Positions 48,124-57,379 are shown, counted from the stretch's first letter. The stretch: DNA of 64,000 nucleotides from Candidatus Omnitrophota bacterium (GCA_023247055.1 JAHFHF010000003.1:36367-100366), one strand, 5' to 3'. Notes: a model not told the origin generated them from the letters alone. Numbers and translations: made by a program.

Positions 48124-49347
48124 ATGCTGCTGCAGGAAAGCATCGATGTTGGAATTAAAGAATTATGGGCCAATAAGGCCCGCTCTTTCTTAAGCGTTTT
48201 CGGCATTATCATCGGCATTATTTCATTGATGGTCATGATGGGAATCATGGCCGGCATCGAGCGCACTTGGGTGAAATACGTCCAGGAAATCGGCGGTATT
48301 GAAAAAGCCACGGTGTCGTCCGTCACGCCGGTCGTCAACGGCAAGCCGCATCCGGAATTGATGAAACCCTTGACGCTCAATGACACGGCCCTGATCCGGC
48401 GCCATCCGCTGGTGCGGCTTGTTTCCCCGGAAATCGTTACCTATCAAACTGTGACCGCGCAGGGCCGGCGCCCTGTCTTTCTCAAAATCGTCGGCGGTAC
48501 GCGCCATACCCTGACCCTCAACCGCCAGACGCTTGCCGCCGGCCGGGACCTTACGGACGAGGACGATGCGCGTTTTAAAAGCGTGTGCATTCTCGGGGCC
48601 AATGTCAGCGATAAACTTTTCGGGCCGCATGCCAGCCCGGTGGGAAAAATCATCGAAATCCGCGGGCAGTCTTTTAAAGTCATCGGGCTGTTGAAAAAAA
48701 ACGTCCTTATGCAAAAAGGCAAAAACCTGCTGAATTTTAAAAATGAAGTGATTTATGTGCCGCTGGCCGCCGTTCCCCGGAAACTGGACCCTGAAGAGAA
48801 AATAGAACAAATTCATTATCTCGTGCGTTCGCGCAGCCATATTGCCGCGGCCCAGAAGGCACTGGAGCAGCAGTTGGTCCGCAATCACCGCGGCCAGGCC
48901 GATGTGGCGATTGAAACCCAGGAAGAACGCTACTTGAAATCTAAAAAATCATTCGACACCATGAAGATCAGTTTCAGCCTGATCTCCGGCATCTCGCTGG
49001 TGGTGGGGGGAATTGGCATCATGAACATCATGATTGCCAGCATCGCCCAGCGCGTGCGCGAAATCGGCATTCGCAAAGCCGTGGGTGCCACGGCCCGTGA
49101 TATTCTGGCTCAGTTTTTGATTGAGACTACGGTTATCAGCACCCTTGGCGGGTTTTTCGGAATTTTGCTATCGTTTGCAGCCGTGTTCCTTATCCGGCTG
49201 TTTATGACCACGATGGATCCGGTGATTGATTTCAAAGCCGTCCTGCTTTCCATGGTTTTTTCCTTTTTCGTCGGCATTCTCTTCGGCATTTACCCCGCCA
49301 TCAAAGCCGCCGAGTTCGATCCCATTGAAGCGTTGAGGTATCAGTAA
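48124..49347 (+). CDS. MacB/FtsX-type ABC permease
   Basis: RSFLSVFGIIIGI, VGGIGIMNIM...R.REIGIRKAVGA, DPIEALRY. Confidence 0.92.
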   Translation: MLLQESIDVGIKELWANKARSFLSVFGIIIGIISLMVMMGIMAGIERTWVKYVQEIGGIEKATVSSVTPVVNGKPHPELMKPLTLNDTALIRRHPLVRLVSPEIVTYQTVTAQGRRPVFLKIVGGTRHTLTLNRQTLAAGRDLTDEDDARFKSVCILGANVSDKLFGPHASPVGKIIEIRGQSFKVIGLLKKNVLMQKGKNLLNFKNEVIYVPLAAVPRKLDPEEKIEQIHYLVRSRSHIAAAQKALEQQLVRNHRGQADVAIETQEERYLKSKKSFDTMKISFSLISGISLVVGGIGIMNIMIASIAQRVREIGIRKAVGATARDILAQFLIETTVISTLGGFFGILLSFAAVFLIRLFMTTMDPVIDFKAVLLSMVFSFFVGILFGIYPAIKAAEFDPIEALRYQ

Positions 49348-49351
49348 GCTT

Positions 49352-49771
49352 CTACTTTTCCAGCATATTGAGGAATTGGGCAGTGGTATAAACGGGGATA
49401 GAAATTTTTTCAAAGTCTCTGTCATTGGACCAGAGGGGGACATTTTCCTTTAAGGCTAAGGCCAATAGATGAACATCATCAGGATCCCTGTCTTTTAAAA
49501 ACTTTTCGGCACTTGCAAAATGACTTTTGTAATATCTTTCGGGGAAAGCATGAAGGGGCAGCATTTTTAACTGCCACGAAAGAGCCCTTTCATCCAATCG
49601 ATACTTTGAGGCAAGACGGGGGATATATTCTTCGACTTCTTGGATATTGGATAGGGTCGTAATAAATTCTATGGATGCGTGGGCAAAAATTCGGAGAGCG
49701 GCTTTTCCAATGACCGCTGAGAGGATAACGTTACTATCGGCTGCGACTTTTTTTAAACTCTCGGAAGTCAT
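49352..49771 (-). CDS. PIN-domain toxin (VapC-like)
   Basis: DSNVILSA, RDPDDVHLLALAL, WSNDRDF. Confidence 0.88.
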   Translation of the reverse strand: MTSESLKKVAADSNVILSAVIGKAALRIFAHASIEFITTLSNIQEVEEYIPRLASKYRLDERALSWQLKMLPLHAFPERYYKSHFASAEKFLKDRDPDDVHLLALALKENVPLWSNDRDFEKISIPVYTTAQFLNMLEK

Positions 49772-49997
49772 CTAAAATTTCTTTCTCTTGAACCTTTTCT
49801 TTTCCCAGACGTTTTGCGATATACCCTCCGAGTGTCATCACGAATTCTCTTTTTAATTCGATGGGAATATCTGCTGTCGCGGTGAGTGGAAGAAAGCAAC
49901 CGATCATTTTACCGCTACGGGTCACAATGACCATTTCACCTCTTCGGGTATAACCGGAAACGCCGCTTCGGAACTGCCGGATGGATGCAAGTCGCAT
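49734..49997 (-). CDS. Phd/YefM-like antitoxin
   Basis: SIRQFR......RGEMVIVTRSGK; overlaps the PIN gene; GGAGG SD. Confidence 0.75.
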   Translation of the reverse strand: MRLASIRQFRSGVSGYTRRGEMVIVTRSGKMIGCFLPLTATADIPIELKREFVMTLGGYIAKRLGKEKVQEKEILDDFREFKKSRSR

Positions 49998-50371
49998 AGC
50001 CTACCTCCTTGACTTGAAAGAAGTGTAACGGACATTCCGGAAAGTGTCAAGAATTGTGCACACAAACTTTTGATAAAAAAACACCTTCCGCCGGGACGCC
50101 TCTGCGGTTAGTCCTTGATGGCTGCCTGTCTTTTTTTTGTCTGTCACTTGGGGCTGATTCCAACACACTCTCCTAATACCAACCCTTCTAATGTTCTAAC
50201 TCATTCTGCATCAAGGCATTAAAACTAACTTTTACGTTTGAATATGATTGGTTTTAGCACGCGCTAACAAGGCCTTGCTACGTCTTGAAACCCGCAAAAT
50301 CATGGTGTACGACTTAATTAACACCTGCACTTTGACGCAGGTACAAAATTGTTTGAAAGGGAGACTTACAA

Positions 50372-50767
50372 ATGAAAACAGAAAAAAACTTGATTGTGAT
50401 GGCAATGATTTTTGCGCTGGTGTTTGGTTTTTCCAGCATTGGCTCGGTATATGCGATGAGTATGGACGATGCGGATTTTGCGCCGGCTGAAGCTGAGGAA
50501 GTTAGCGCCGCAATGGATGAGTCTATTGCGGAGGCTGCCACGGATGATGCAGCTGATTTTCCCGATGATGCGGATATCGCGGATACGGAGACTGAAGATA
50601 CCGCTGAAGATCCTATTGAGGATATTGGCGATGTTGATATGGGGGATGCGGGAGACTGTAGCACCTCAAATTGCGGTGCTTGTCTAACAAGTTCGAAATG
50701 TTCAGCAAATGCTTCCGCGTGCAATTGGGATACGACAAAAAGTCCAAAATGTCAAATAAGCAAATAA
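50372..50767 (+). CDS. Secreted protein: signal peptide, acidic spacer, 6-Cys C-terminal domain
   Basis: GGGAG SD; D/E-rich K/R-free middle; CSTSNCGACLTSSKCSANASACNWDTTKSPKC. Confidence 0.75.
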   Translation: MKTEKNLIVMAMIFALVFGFSSIGSVYAMSMDDADFAPAEAEEVSAAMDESIAEAATDDAADFPDDADIADTETEDTAEDPIEDIGDVDMGDAGDCSTSNCGACLTSSKCSANASACNWDTTKSPKCQISK

Positions 50768-50790
50768 CTAACTGTTACCAGGTAGCCGGG

Positions 50791-51024
50791 TAACCGGACC
50801 ACGGGGAGACGTTAGCTTGAGGTAACCGTAAAAAAGGGGGACAGTCTGAGCTGACCCGGATTTGACAGACGGTTTAATTAAGATGCAAACCGCTTCTCTG
50901 CTTCCTCGCGAATAACCGATAACCGGACGCCGTCCACGGGGAGAGGTTAGCAGACAGGTCTTAAGAGGTCAGGGTTTTACATTTTGGCAAAGGTGACAGA
51001 CACCCTTTTGGGGACAGGCACCTT
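50791..51024. repeat. Cluster of family H and G short motifs
   Basis: TAACCGGAC...GGGAGA(C/G)GTTAGC x2, GGGGACAGTC, GGTGACAGACACC, GGGGACAGGCACCTT. Confidence 0.65.
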
Positions 51025-51063
51025 GAGGTAGCAGTTTAGTTAAGCAGTCTCCTTTTCAAACAG

Positions 51064-51102
51064 CCGCCGGCGGGTGAAAGCCCTCCGGCGGTTGTTTTTT
51101 TG
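51064..51102 (+). terminator. Intrinsic terminator, copy 1 of a 39-bp direct repeat
   Basis: CCGCCGGCGGGTGAAAGCCCTCCGGCGGTTGTTTTTTTG. Confidence 0.8.
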
Positions 51103-51182
51103 TTCCTCTCGCTGTGATACAAACGCCTTGACTATTTCATAATAGCAAATATATAATTAATTAATATTCATAATTCTTAAGC

Positions 51183-51211
51183 TTGACATTATAACTTTAA
51201 AGTTATATTCT
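51183..51211 (+). promoter_or_regulatory. Sigma-70 promoter with perfect 18-bp operator palindrome for TA pair 3
   Basis: TTGACA-17-TATTCT; TATAACTTTAAAGTTATA at 51190-51207. Confidence 0.7.
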
Positions 51212-51213
51212 TT

Positions 51214-51582
51214 ATGCAGAAACAAATTGTTTATTATGTTGATGGCCGTGGGTTGAATCCCGTATGGCGTTTTATCGAGTCGCTGCCGGCACAGGAAAGA
51301 GACAAGTGTCTCGAATACATTGCCTATCTCGAAGAAACCGGGGAAAACGTCCGGCGGCCTGCCGGGGATTATCTGGGTGGGAAACTCTACGAGCTAAGGC
51401 CGAAACAAAACCGCTTGATTTACTTTTTTATGCTGAGAAATCATGTGGTTCTTGTGCATGCGTTCCGAAAAAAAACGAGCGAGATCCCTGAGCGAGAGAT
51501 GGCGATTGCACGAAGTCGTAGGGATGATTTTATCCGCCGGTTTGAAGATGGGCTTGTGTACCTAGGAGGGCTGCAAAAATGA
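51214..51582 (+). CDS. RelE/ParE-superfamily (HigB-like) toxin, paralog of 24108-24476
   Basis: KLYELRPKQ, VVLVHAFRKKT; same length (122 aa). Confidence 0.85.
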   Translation: MQKQIVYYVDGRGLNPVWRFIESLPAQERDKCLEYIAYLEETGENVRRPAGDYLGGKLYELRPKQNRLIYFFMLRNHVVLVHAFRKKTSEIPEREMAIARSRRDDFIRRFEDGLVYLGGLQK

Positions 51583-51887
51583 AACCAATCAAAGCGCCGG
51601 CTCACCGGGAACTGGTGAAGGCGTATTTAAAAGATAAAAAATTTCGCCGAAAAATCGAGGCCGGTGTTCAGAGGCTTAGAGTGATCCGGCAAATCATTGA
51701 GTTGCGGGAAGGCACAGGGCTTACTCAGGCAGAATTAGCACGGCGCATCGGCGTATCGCAGCCGTTCATTGCAAAAATTGAAAATGATGAGGCCGGCAAC
51801 TTAAGTCTGGAAACACTTGTCCGAATCGTTGATGCGCTGAATGGTGAAATTGAAATTCAAATTCGTGCTGCCAAGCGAGCTGCCTAG
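51579..51887 (+). CDS. HTH_XRE antitoxin, paralog of 23803-24111
   Basis: TQAELARRIG..QPFIAKIENDEA.NLSLETLV; same length (102 aa). Confidence 0.85.
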   Translation: MKPIKAPAHRELVKAYLKDKKFRRKIEAGVQRLRVIRQIIELREGTGLTQAELARRIGVSQPFIAKIENDEAGNLSLETLVRIVDALNGEIEIQIRAAKRAA

Positions 51888-51903
51888 AAAGTGCCAGGGG
51901 CAA

Positions 51904-51942
51904 CCGCCGGCGGGTGAAAGCCCTCCGGCGGTTGTTTTTTTG
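51904..51942 (+). terminator. Intrinsic terminator, copy 2 of the 39-bp direct repeat
   Basis: Identical to 51064-51102 (offset 840). Confidence 0.8.
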
Positions 51943-52004
51943 GAGAAAAAATGCTAGCCAATTTAAATATTGTCTCATCCGATAAAACGGGCTAACCTAG
52001 CTGG

Positions 52005-53669
52005 ATGGATCAGACGTTCGCTCGACTTGCCGGACAGCAGCTCATGCTTGGAGTTCCCGGGAATCTTTCTCTGAATGAAACGATCCGTCTTTTTCAGGAC
52101 ACGCAGGCTGCAGGCCTGATTGTCTTCCGCCGTAATTTTCCCAATGCCGCTGGATTTCGTACCTGGCTGAGCGCGCTTGAAAATGCCTTGGAGCGCCGCC
52201 TGCTGGTGGCCGTGGACCATGAAGGCGGCCGGGTCATTCATCTTCAGGAGGGCGTTACTTATTTTCCTGATAATTTGGCGTTGGGCTGGACGGGTTCCGA
52301 AGAGTATGCCCGCCGGCAGGGAGAAATGGAAGCCGCTGAATTGCGCCGCCTCGGCATTGATCTCAACCTGGCACCTACGCTGGATGTGCTGACCGCGGCG
52401 TACAGTCCGAATATCGGCATCCGCTCCTATGGCAAGGACGCCCAACTTGTTTCGCGTCTGGGTACGGCCCGCATCCGGGCCATGCAAGCGGGCGGGCTTT
52501 CCGCCTGCGCCAAGCATTTTCCCGGCCAAGGCCAGTCGTCCCTGGATGCGCATCTGGATTTACCCGTGCTGCCGACGGACAAAAAAGAATTTGATGCGAT
52601 CCATAGCCTGCCTTTTAAAGCTGCCATCCAAGCCGGCGTCGACACAGTCATGACGTCACATCCCGTTTATTCGGCGCTTGATCCTTCCGCTAAAATTCCT
52701 GCAACCTTTTCACGGACAATCGCACACGGATTTTTGCGTGAGGAACTCGGCTTTCAAGGAGTCATTCTAAGCGATGACCTTGAAATGGGGGCTCTGAAAC
52801 ACTTCGGAAATATCGGCAACTCCGCTGTGCAAGCGGTCAAAGCAGGGCATGATATGATTTTAATTTGCTCCGACCCGGCAGCGGCGCGCGAAGCCGCGCA
52901 AAAATTAACACAGGCTTATTCTGAAAAAGAAATTCCAATGCGTGAATTGGAAGCAAGCTGTGAAAGACTTCAGCGGCTTTTAGCAAAACGGGAGGAGCGC
53001 TTCAGCGGGCCCGTGGCTTTTGCCGAACCGCAGGGAAAGCCCCTTGCGTTGAAGATTGCCCAAGCCGGCCTTATGCGCTGGCAAACCGCCGAGGGACAAA
53101 CGCCTGCAGGAAAAATGCACGAAGACGAAAAGACGCTGGTGCTTTATCCGCGCATTTCGGTTTTGGGCGAGCGAATTGCCATGGAACCGGAGATGCAAAA
53201 CGATGAAGCTTTTATCCGGCAGTTATTTGAATCGGCGAAAGGAGTTTTTTCGTTTTTAACTTTGGCCCTTGATCCGGATATGGAAGAGCAAGAAGCCATT
53301 CTTCAGGCCGCGGCCGGTGCCGGACAAACGCTTTTCTTTTGTTTTGATCCGCATCTTTATCCGGCCAGCCGCAAACTTCTGAATGCGTTGGAAGAAAAAA
53401 TTCCTAATCTGACCGTGATTTTTTTGCGCGACCCTTTTGGCGCAGATCTTCTTGCAAAAAAAACGCCGTATTTCTATGCCTTTGGTTTTCGGTCAGCGCA
53501 AATTCGAGCGGCCGTTAATTTTTTTTGTCATCCTGAATCTTTCTATTGTCATTCTGAGCAAAGCGAAGAATCTCGAGCTCAGGATAAACTGCGAAGGATT
53601 CCGCTTCGAGATTCTTCGCCCCTCACAAATGCTTCGCGGACTCAGAATGACAAGGGAACAGAACCATGA
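52005..53669 (+). CDS. nagZ: Beta-N-acetylhexosaminidase (GH3)
   Basis: AVDHEGGRV, NLAPTLDV, KHFPGQG...DAH, SDDLEMGA. Confidence 0.88.
   Translation: MDQTFARLAGQQLMLGVPGNLSLNETIRLFQDTQAAGLIVFRRNFPNAAGFRTWLSALENALERRLLVAVDHEGGRVIHLQEGVTYFPDNLALGWTGSEEYARRQGEMEAAELRRLGIDLNLAPTLDVLTAAYSPNIGIRSYGKDAQLVSRLGTARIRAMQAGGLSACAKHFPGQGQSSLDAHLDLPVLPTDKKEFDAIHSLPFKAAIQAGVDTVMTSHPVYSALDPSAKIPATFSRTIAHGFLREELGFQGVILSDDLEMGALKHFGNIGNSAVQAVKAGHDMILICSDPAAAREAAQKLTQAYSEKEIPMRELEASCERLQRLLAKREERFSGPVAFAEPQGKPLALKIAQAGLMRWQTAEGQTPAGKMHEDEKTLVLYPRISVLGERIAMEPEMQNDEAFIRQLFESAKGVFSFLTLALDPDMEEQEAILQAAAGAGQTLFFCFDPHLYPASRKLLNALEEKIPNLTVIFLRDPFGADLLAKKTPYFYAFGFRSAQIRAAVNFFCHPESFYCHSEQSEESRAQDKLRRIPLRDSSPLTNASRTQNDKGTEP
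53526..53652. repeat. Family B nested elements translated as the NagZ C-terminus
   Basis: TGTCATTCTGAGCAAAGCGAAGAATCTC...GAGATTCTTCG...CTCAGAATGACA. Confidence 0.85.
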
Positions 53670-54175
53670 AAAAATCACTTTTGATTGACGGGTATAATCT
53701 TATTTTTGCGCATGCGGGGCTGCGTGAAAAAATGACGCCCAAGCCGGAGGCCGCGCGCCGGGCTTTGATCGATCTCTGCCGTGTTTTTGCCGGCCGACGG
53801 CGCGATTTGAACCGGGTCTGGGTTGTTTTTGACGGCCAGGAAGATGCCTTTAACCTGCCGCCCGGAGAAACCGCGGGCGTCTGCGAAATTTATACGCGGG
53901 CCGGGGAAACCGCGGACAAGCGCATGGCGCGGATTGTGCGCGACGAGGGCGAGGAAGCAGGCTGGATTGTGGTCTCCAATGACCGTGCGGTCCTTGACCG
54001 CTGTTATTCGTACGGCGCCGAACGCATGCAGGCCTCGCAGTTTGCGCGCGAACTGGAAGGAAAACCGGCTCAGTCAGAAAGTTCCAGAAAGACTTCCGGT
54101 GCGGAGGAAAAGAAAATGACGCCCCGTGATGCGGCGGATATTACGGCGGAATATAAAAAACGGTTAGGCTTGTAG
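53666..54175 (+). CDS. YacP-like NYN domain protein
   Basis: LIDGYNL, VVFDG, GETAD, VVSNDR. Confidence 0.85.
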   Translation: MKKSLLIDGYNLIFAHAGLREKMTPKPEAARRALIDLCRVFAGRRRDLNRVWVVFDGQEDAFNLPPGETAGVCEIYTRAGETADKRMARIVRDEGEEAGWIVVSNDRAVLDRCYSYGAERMQASQFARELEGKPAQSESSRKTSGAEEKKMTPRDAADITAEYKKRLGL

Positions 54176-54213
54176 ATTGCTTCGGCTTCAGTGGAACCCT
54201 GCCTCGCAATGAC
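54174..54213. repeat. Family A half element
   Basis: AGATTGCTTCGG...CCTCGCAATGAC. Confidence 0.7.
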
Positions 54214-54250
54214 GAGGTTGCTTTTACTCACGACTGACAACCCACGACTC

Positions 54251-54643
54251 ATGACTGATTTTATGGATTTTAAATTCCGCGTCTGGCACCAGCCGGAAAA
54301 AAAACTTTATTACGCCGGTTATCAAAAGCTTTCTCACGTGCTGCTTTGCGACGATGATCGCGGTGCGAATCAGGGCCGCGGCATTCCGGTCAAAGATGCC
54401 CGCTATGACGACTGCGAATTCCTCCAAGGGACGGGGGTTTTCGACCGCCATGAGCGTGAGATTTACGAAGGCGACCGCGTGCGGATTTTTCTCAAAGACC
54501 GTACGCTGGAAGGAACCGTTGAAAATGTGCCGGACATGTATAAATCCCGCGGCCTTCATCCCATGCAGGAACTCTTGGATCGGTTGGCAATTCCTGCGGA
54601 TGCAGAAATGACCTTCGAAGTTTTAGGCAACCGCTATGAATAA
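54251..54643 (+). CDS. YopX-family protein
   Basis: KFRVW, Q.TG..D....EIYEGD, EVLGNRYE. Confidence 0.8.
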   Translation: MTDFMDFKFRVWHQPEKKLYYAGYQKLSHVLLCDDDRGANQGRGIPVKDARYDDCEFLQGTGVFDRHEREIYEGDRVRIFLKDRTLEGTVENVPDMYKSRGLHPMQELLDRLAIPADAEMTFEVLGNRYE

Positions 54644-56204
54644 TTTTAATCTGGGTTTTCAAACGCAGGGCCGCCTTTTTCACCAGCTTCCTGCCGAGGA
54701 ACTTTATCAGCAGGCCTTGGCGCGCAAGGAAGCGAGCGCCAGCCGTGACGGCGCGCTTGTGGTTTTAACCGGCCCCTATACAGGCCGGCTGCCGCAGGCT
54801 AAATTTTTTGTGCGCGATGCGGTCACGGAAAAAACCATTGATTGGGGCAAGGTCAACCGGCCGGTGACGCCGGAAAAATTCAATGCGATTCTGGATAAAA
54901 CACGGCGATACCTGGAAACGAAAGAACTTTTTATCCAGGATGCGGCGGCAGGCGCCGATACCGCGCACCGGATTTCGCTGCGGCTCGTGACCGAGAGTGC
55001 CGTGCATGCGCTTTTTGCGCACGGCATGTTTATCCGCACGCCCGCTCTTTCAAGCGCACAGGGTCCTGACCTTACGATTTTGCATGCGCCCGGCCTGAAG
55101 CTGGACCCGGCGGGCGATGAACTCGGCTGCGATGCGTTTATTCTGATTCATTTTTCAAAGAAAATGATTTTGATCGGTGGTACGGGGTATGCCGGTGAAA
55201 TCAAGAAAGCGGTTTTTACCTGGATGAATTTTATCCTGCCTGACCAGGGCGTGCTGCCGCTGCATTCCTCGGCTAATTTCGCGCCCGGCGCATCCGAAAC
55301 TGCGCTTTTCTTCGGACTTTCCGGAACCGGCAAGACGACACTTTCGGCCGACCCGGAGCGGGTTCTGATCGGAGATGACGAACACGGCTGGAGCGATCAA
55401 GGCGTTTTTAATTTTGAAGGCGGCTGCTACGCCAAAGTCATCCGGCTTTCAGCCGAAAGCGAACCTGAGATTTATGCGGCCATCCACCGCCGCGGCACGA
55501 TTTTAGAAAATGTCGTCATGGACAGCGAAGGCAATCTTGATCTGGACAGCGAGAAAATCACGGAGAATACACGCGCTATTTATCCCGTTGATTTTATGCC
55601 GCACATGACGGTCGAAGGCCGAGGCGGCCATCCGCGGCACATCCTGATGCTGGCTTGTGATGCCTTCGGCGTCCTGCCACCGGTTTCGCGGTTGAGCCCG
55701 GATCAGGCCGTTTACCATTTTCTTTCCGGCTATACGGCCAAGGTGGCGGGAACGGAAGCCGGGGTCAAGGCCCCTCAAGCTACGTTCAGCGCCTGTTTCG
55801 GGGGTCCTTTTATGCCCCGGCCTGCGGCCCTTTACGCCGGCTTATTGCGTGATAGAATCTCCCGGCATAAAGCCGGAGTCTGGCTTTTGAACACCGGCTG
55901 GATCGGCGGCGCCTATGGGCAAGGGAAACGCATTCCGTTGACCTATACACGGGCCATGGTGAAAGCCATTTTATCCGGAGCGCTGGACAGCGCTTCTTAT
56001 GAGAAAGATCCGGTCTTCCGCACCGAGGTGCCCAAGAGTTGCCCCGGAGTGCCGGATGCGATTTTAGAACAAAAAAAGCTTTGGCCGGACCCGGCGGTTT
56101 ATAATGCGGCTGCCCGGAAACTGGCGGGCATGTTTAAACAAAATTTTGAGGCCACCGCCCATGCCAATCTGACCGGACTCGAAAACGCTGGTCCGGTGAT
56201 TTGA
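54636..56204 (+). CDS. pckA: Phosphoenolpyruvate carboxykinase (ATP)
   Basis: [40 protein letters not shown]. Confidence 0.95.
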   Translation: MNNFNLGFQTQGRLFHQLPAEELYQQALARKEASASRDGALVVLTGPYTGRLPQAKFFVRDAVTEKTIDWGKVNRPVTPEKFNAILDKTRRYLETKELFIQDAAAGADTAHRISLRLVTESAVHALFAHGMFIRTPALSSAQGPDLTILHAPGLKLDPAGDELGCDAFILIHFSKKMILIGGTGYAGEIKKAVFTWMNFILPDQGVLPLHSSANFAPGASETALFFGLSGTGKTTLSADPERVLIGDDEHGWSDQGVFNFEGGCYAKVIRLSAESEPEIYAAIHRRGTILENVVMDSEGNLDLDSEKITENTRAIYPVDFMPHMTVEGRGGHPRHILMLACDAFGVLPPVSRLSPDQAVYHFLSGYTAKVAGTEAGVKAPQATFSACFGGPFMPRPAALYAGLLRDRISRHKAGVWLLNTGWIGGAYGQGKRIPLTYTRAMVKAILSGALDSASYEKDPVFRTEVPKSCPGVPDAILEQKKLWPDPAVYNAAARKLAGMFKQNFEATAHANLTGLENAGPVI

Positions 56205-56230
56205 GTAATTATTAAAAATTCTTTTAGGCT

Positions 56231-56310
56231 TGTCATTCTGAACGGACACGATCAATTTGAATTCCGTGAAGAATCCCAAAGCGAGATCCTTCGCTTCGCT
56301 CAGGATGACA
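56231..56310. repeat. Family B element, intergenic, near complete
   Basis: TGTCATTCTGAAC...GTGAAGAATC / GATCCTTCGCTTCGCTCAGGATGACA. Confidence 0.85.
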
Positions 56311-56347
56311 AACATCTAAAAGCGCAAATTTTAAGAAGGAGAAATCG

Positions 56348-56971
56348 ATGACGTCTTTATCCGTAGCTTCGAATACCGGCGAACTGAGAAGTCAAACGCT
56401 CTCAGCCGCCAAACAATTTAAAACGTCCTGGATCGAACTTGGGCAGTATCTTTTTACGATTCACAAAGACAAACTGTATAAAGCCTGGGGCTATTTGAGT
56501 TTTGAAACCTACTGCGCCAAAGAACTGGCTTTTAAACAAACAACGGCGGCCAAGCTGATTAAATCTTATGAGTTTCTGGAACGTGAAGAGCCGCGCCTGG
56601 CCGATGCGGCCAAAACCGAAGAAGTGCCTCCGGCGAATCTGCCGAATTATGAATCGGTTAATATTTTGCGTCTTGCTAAAAACAATGAAAAGCTGACGCC
56701 CGGCGATATTGAAAGCCTGCGCAAATCCGTGCTCGAAAAAGGCCGCGATCCGCAGGAAGTGCGCGCCCAGTTGAAACAAATCATGGACCAAAAAGACGCG
56801 GACCAGGAGCCGGATGTGTTAAGGGAGCAGCGCAAGACCGCGCTGATTAAACGGCTGACCTCCGCGCTCGAAAGCGCGCGGCGTGAAGTCGTGCAGGACA
56901 AATTGCTGCCCGCTTATTTGGTCAAGCAAATCGAAGATTTGAAAGCAAAGCTGGAAGATCACTTAAAATAA
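56348..56971 (+). CDS. Hypothetical helical protein
   Basis: AGGAG SD; FKTSWIELGQYL...YKAWGY.SFETYC..EL. Confidence 0.75.
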   Translation: MTSLSVASNTGELRSQTLSAAKQFKTSWIELGQYLFTIHKDKLYKAWGYLSFETYCAKELAFKQTTAAKLIKSYEFLEREEPRLADAAKTEEVPPANLPNYESVNILRLAKNNEKLTPGDIESLRKSVLEKGRDPQEVRAQLKQIMDQKDADQEPDVLREQRKTALIKRLTSALESARREVVQDKLLPAYLVKQIEDLKAKLEDHLK

Positions 56972-57046
56972 TCCCACAGCTTACACGGGCTTCTGGCCCG
57001 TGAAGCGTGGTGCCGGAGCAAAGGCCTCAGGCCAAGGAGTTTGACC

Positions 57047-57379
57047 ATGGTTCGTCCTTTTCAGCTGATTCTGGTGGTTGTCCTTTTGTGCGCAGGTATT
57101 TTGAGCGAAGCCGGTTCGGCTTGGGCCATTCAGGTTGCCAATAAAAGCGAACTTAAAATTGCCGCGGCTATTTTGCGCGTACAAGGCGAGCAGAAAAATT
57201 TGCTTTTTGTCAAAATTCTCCAGCCTGGGGCCACGCTTGACTTTACTCCCGAACAATCCGGGCCTTACCTGGTATCCGTTAAAATCTTTGATACGGATGA
57301 AACGCTCCGCATGAAAAAGGTGGCCGCCGACGCGGTGATCCATTATGAAAATGGAAAACTCAAGCGGTTGAAAAAATAA
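57047..57379 (+). CDS. Small secreted hypothetical protein
   Basis: AGGAG SD, signal peptide ending AWA. Confidence 0.6.
   Translation: MVRPFQLILVVVLLCAGILSEAGSAWAIQVANKSELKIAAAILRVQGEQKNLLFVKILQPGATLDFTPEQSGPYLVSVKIFDTDETLRMKKVAADAVIHYENGKLKRLKK

Noticed and set aside
54251-54643. Prophage implied by YopX
   Set aside because: No other phage genes, integrase or att sites nearby.
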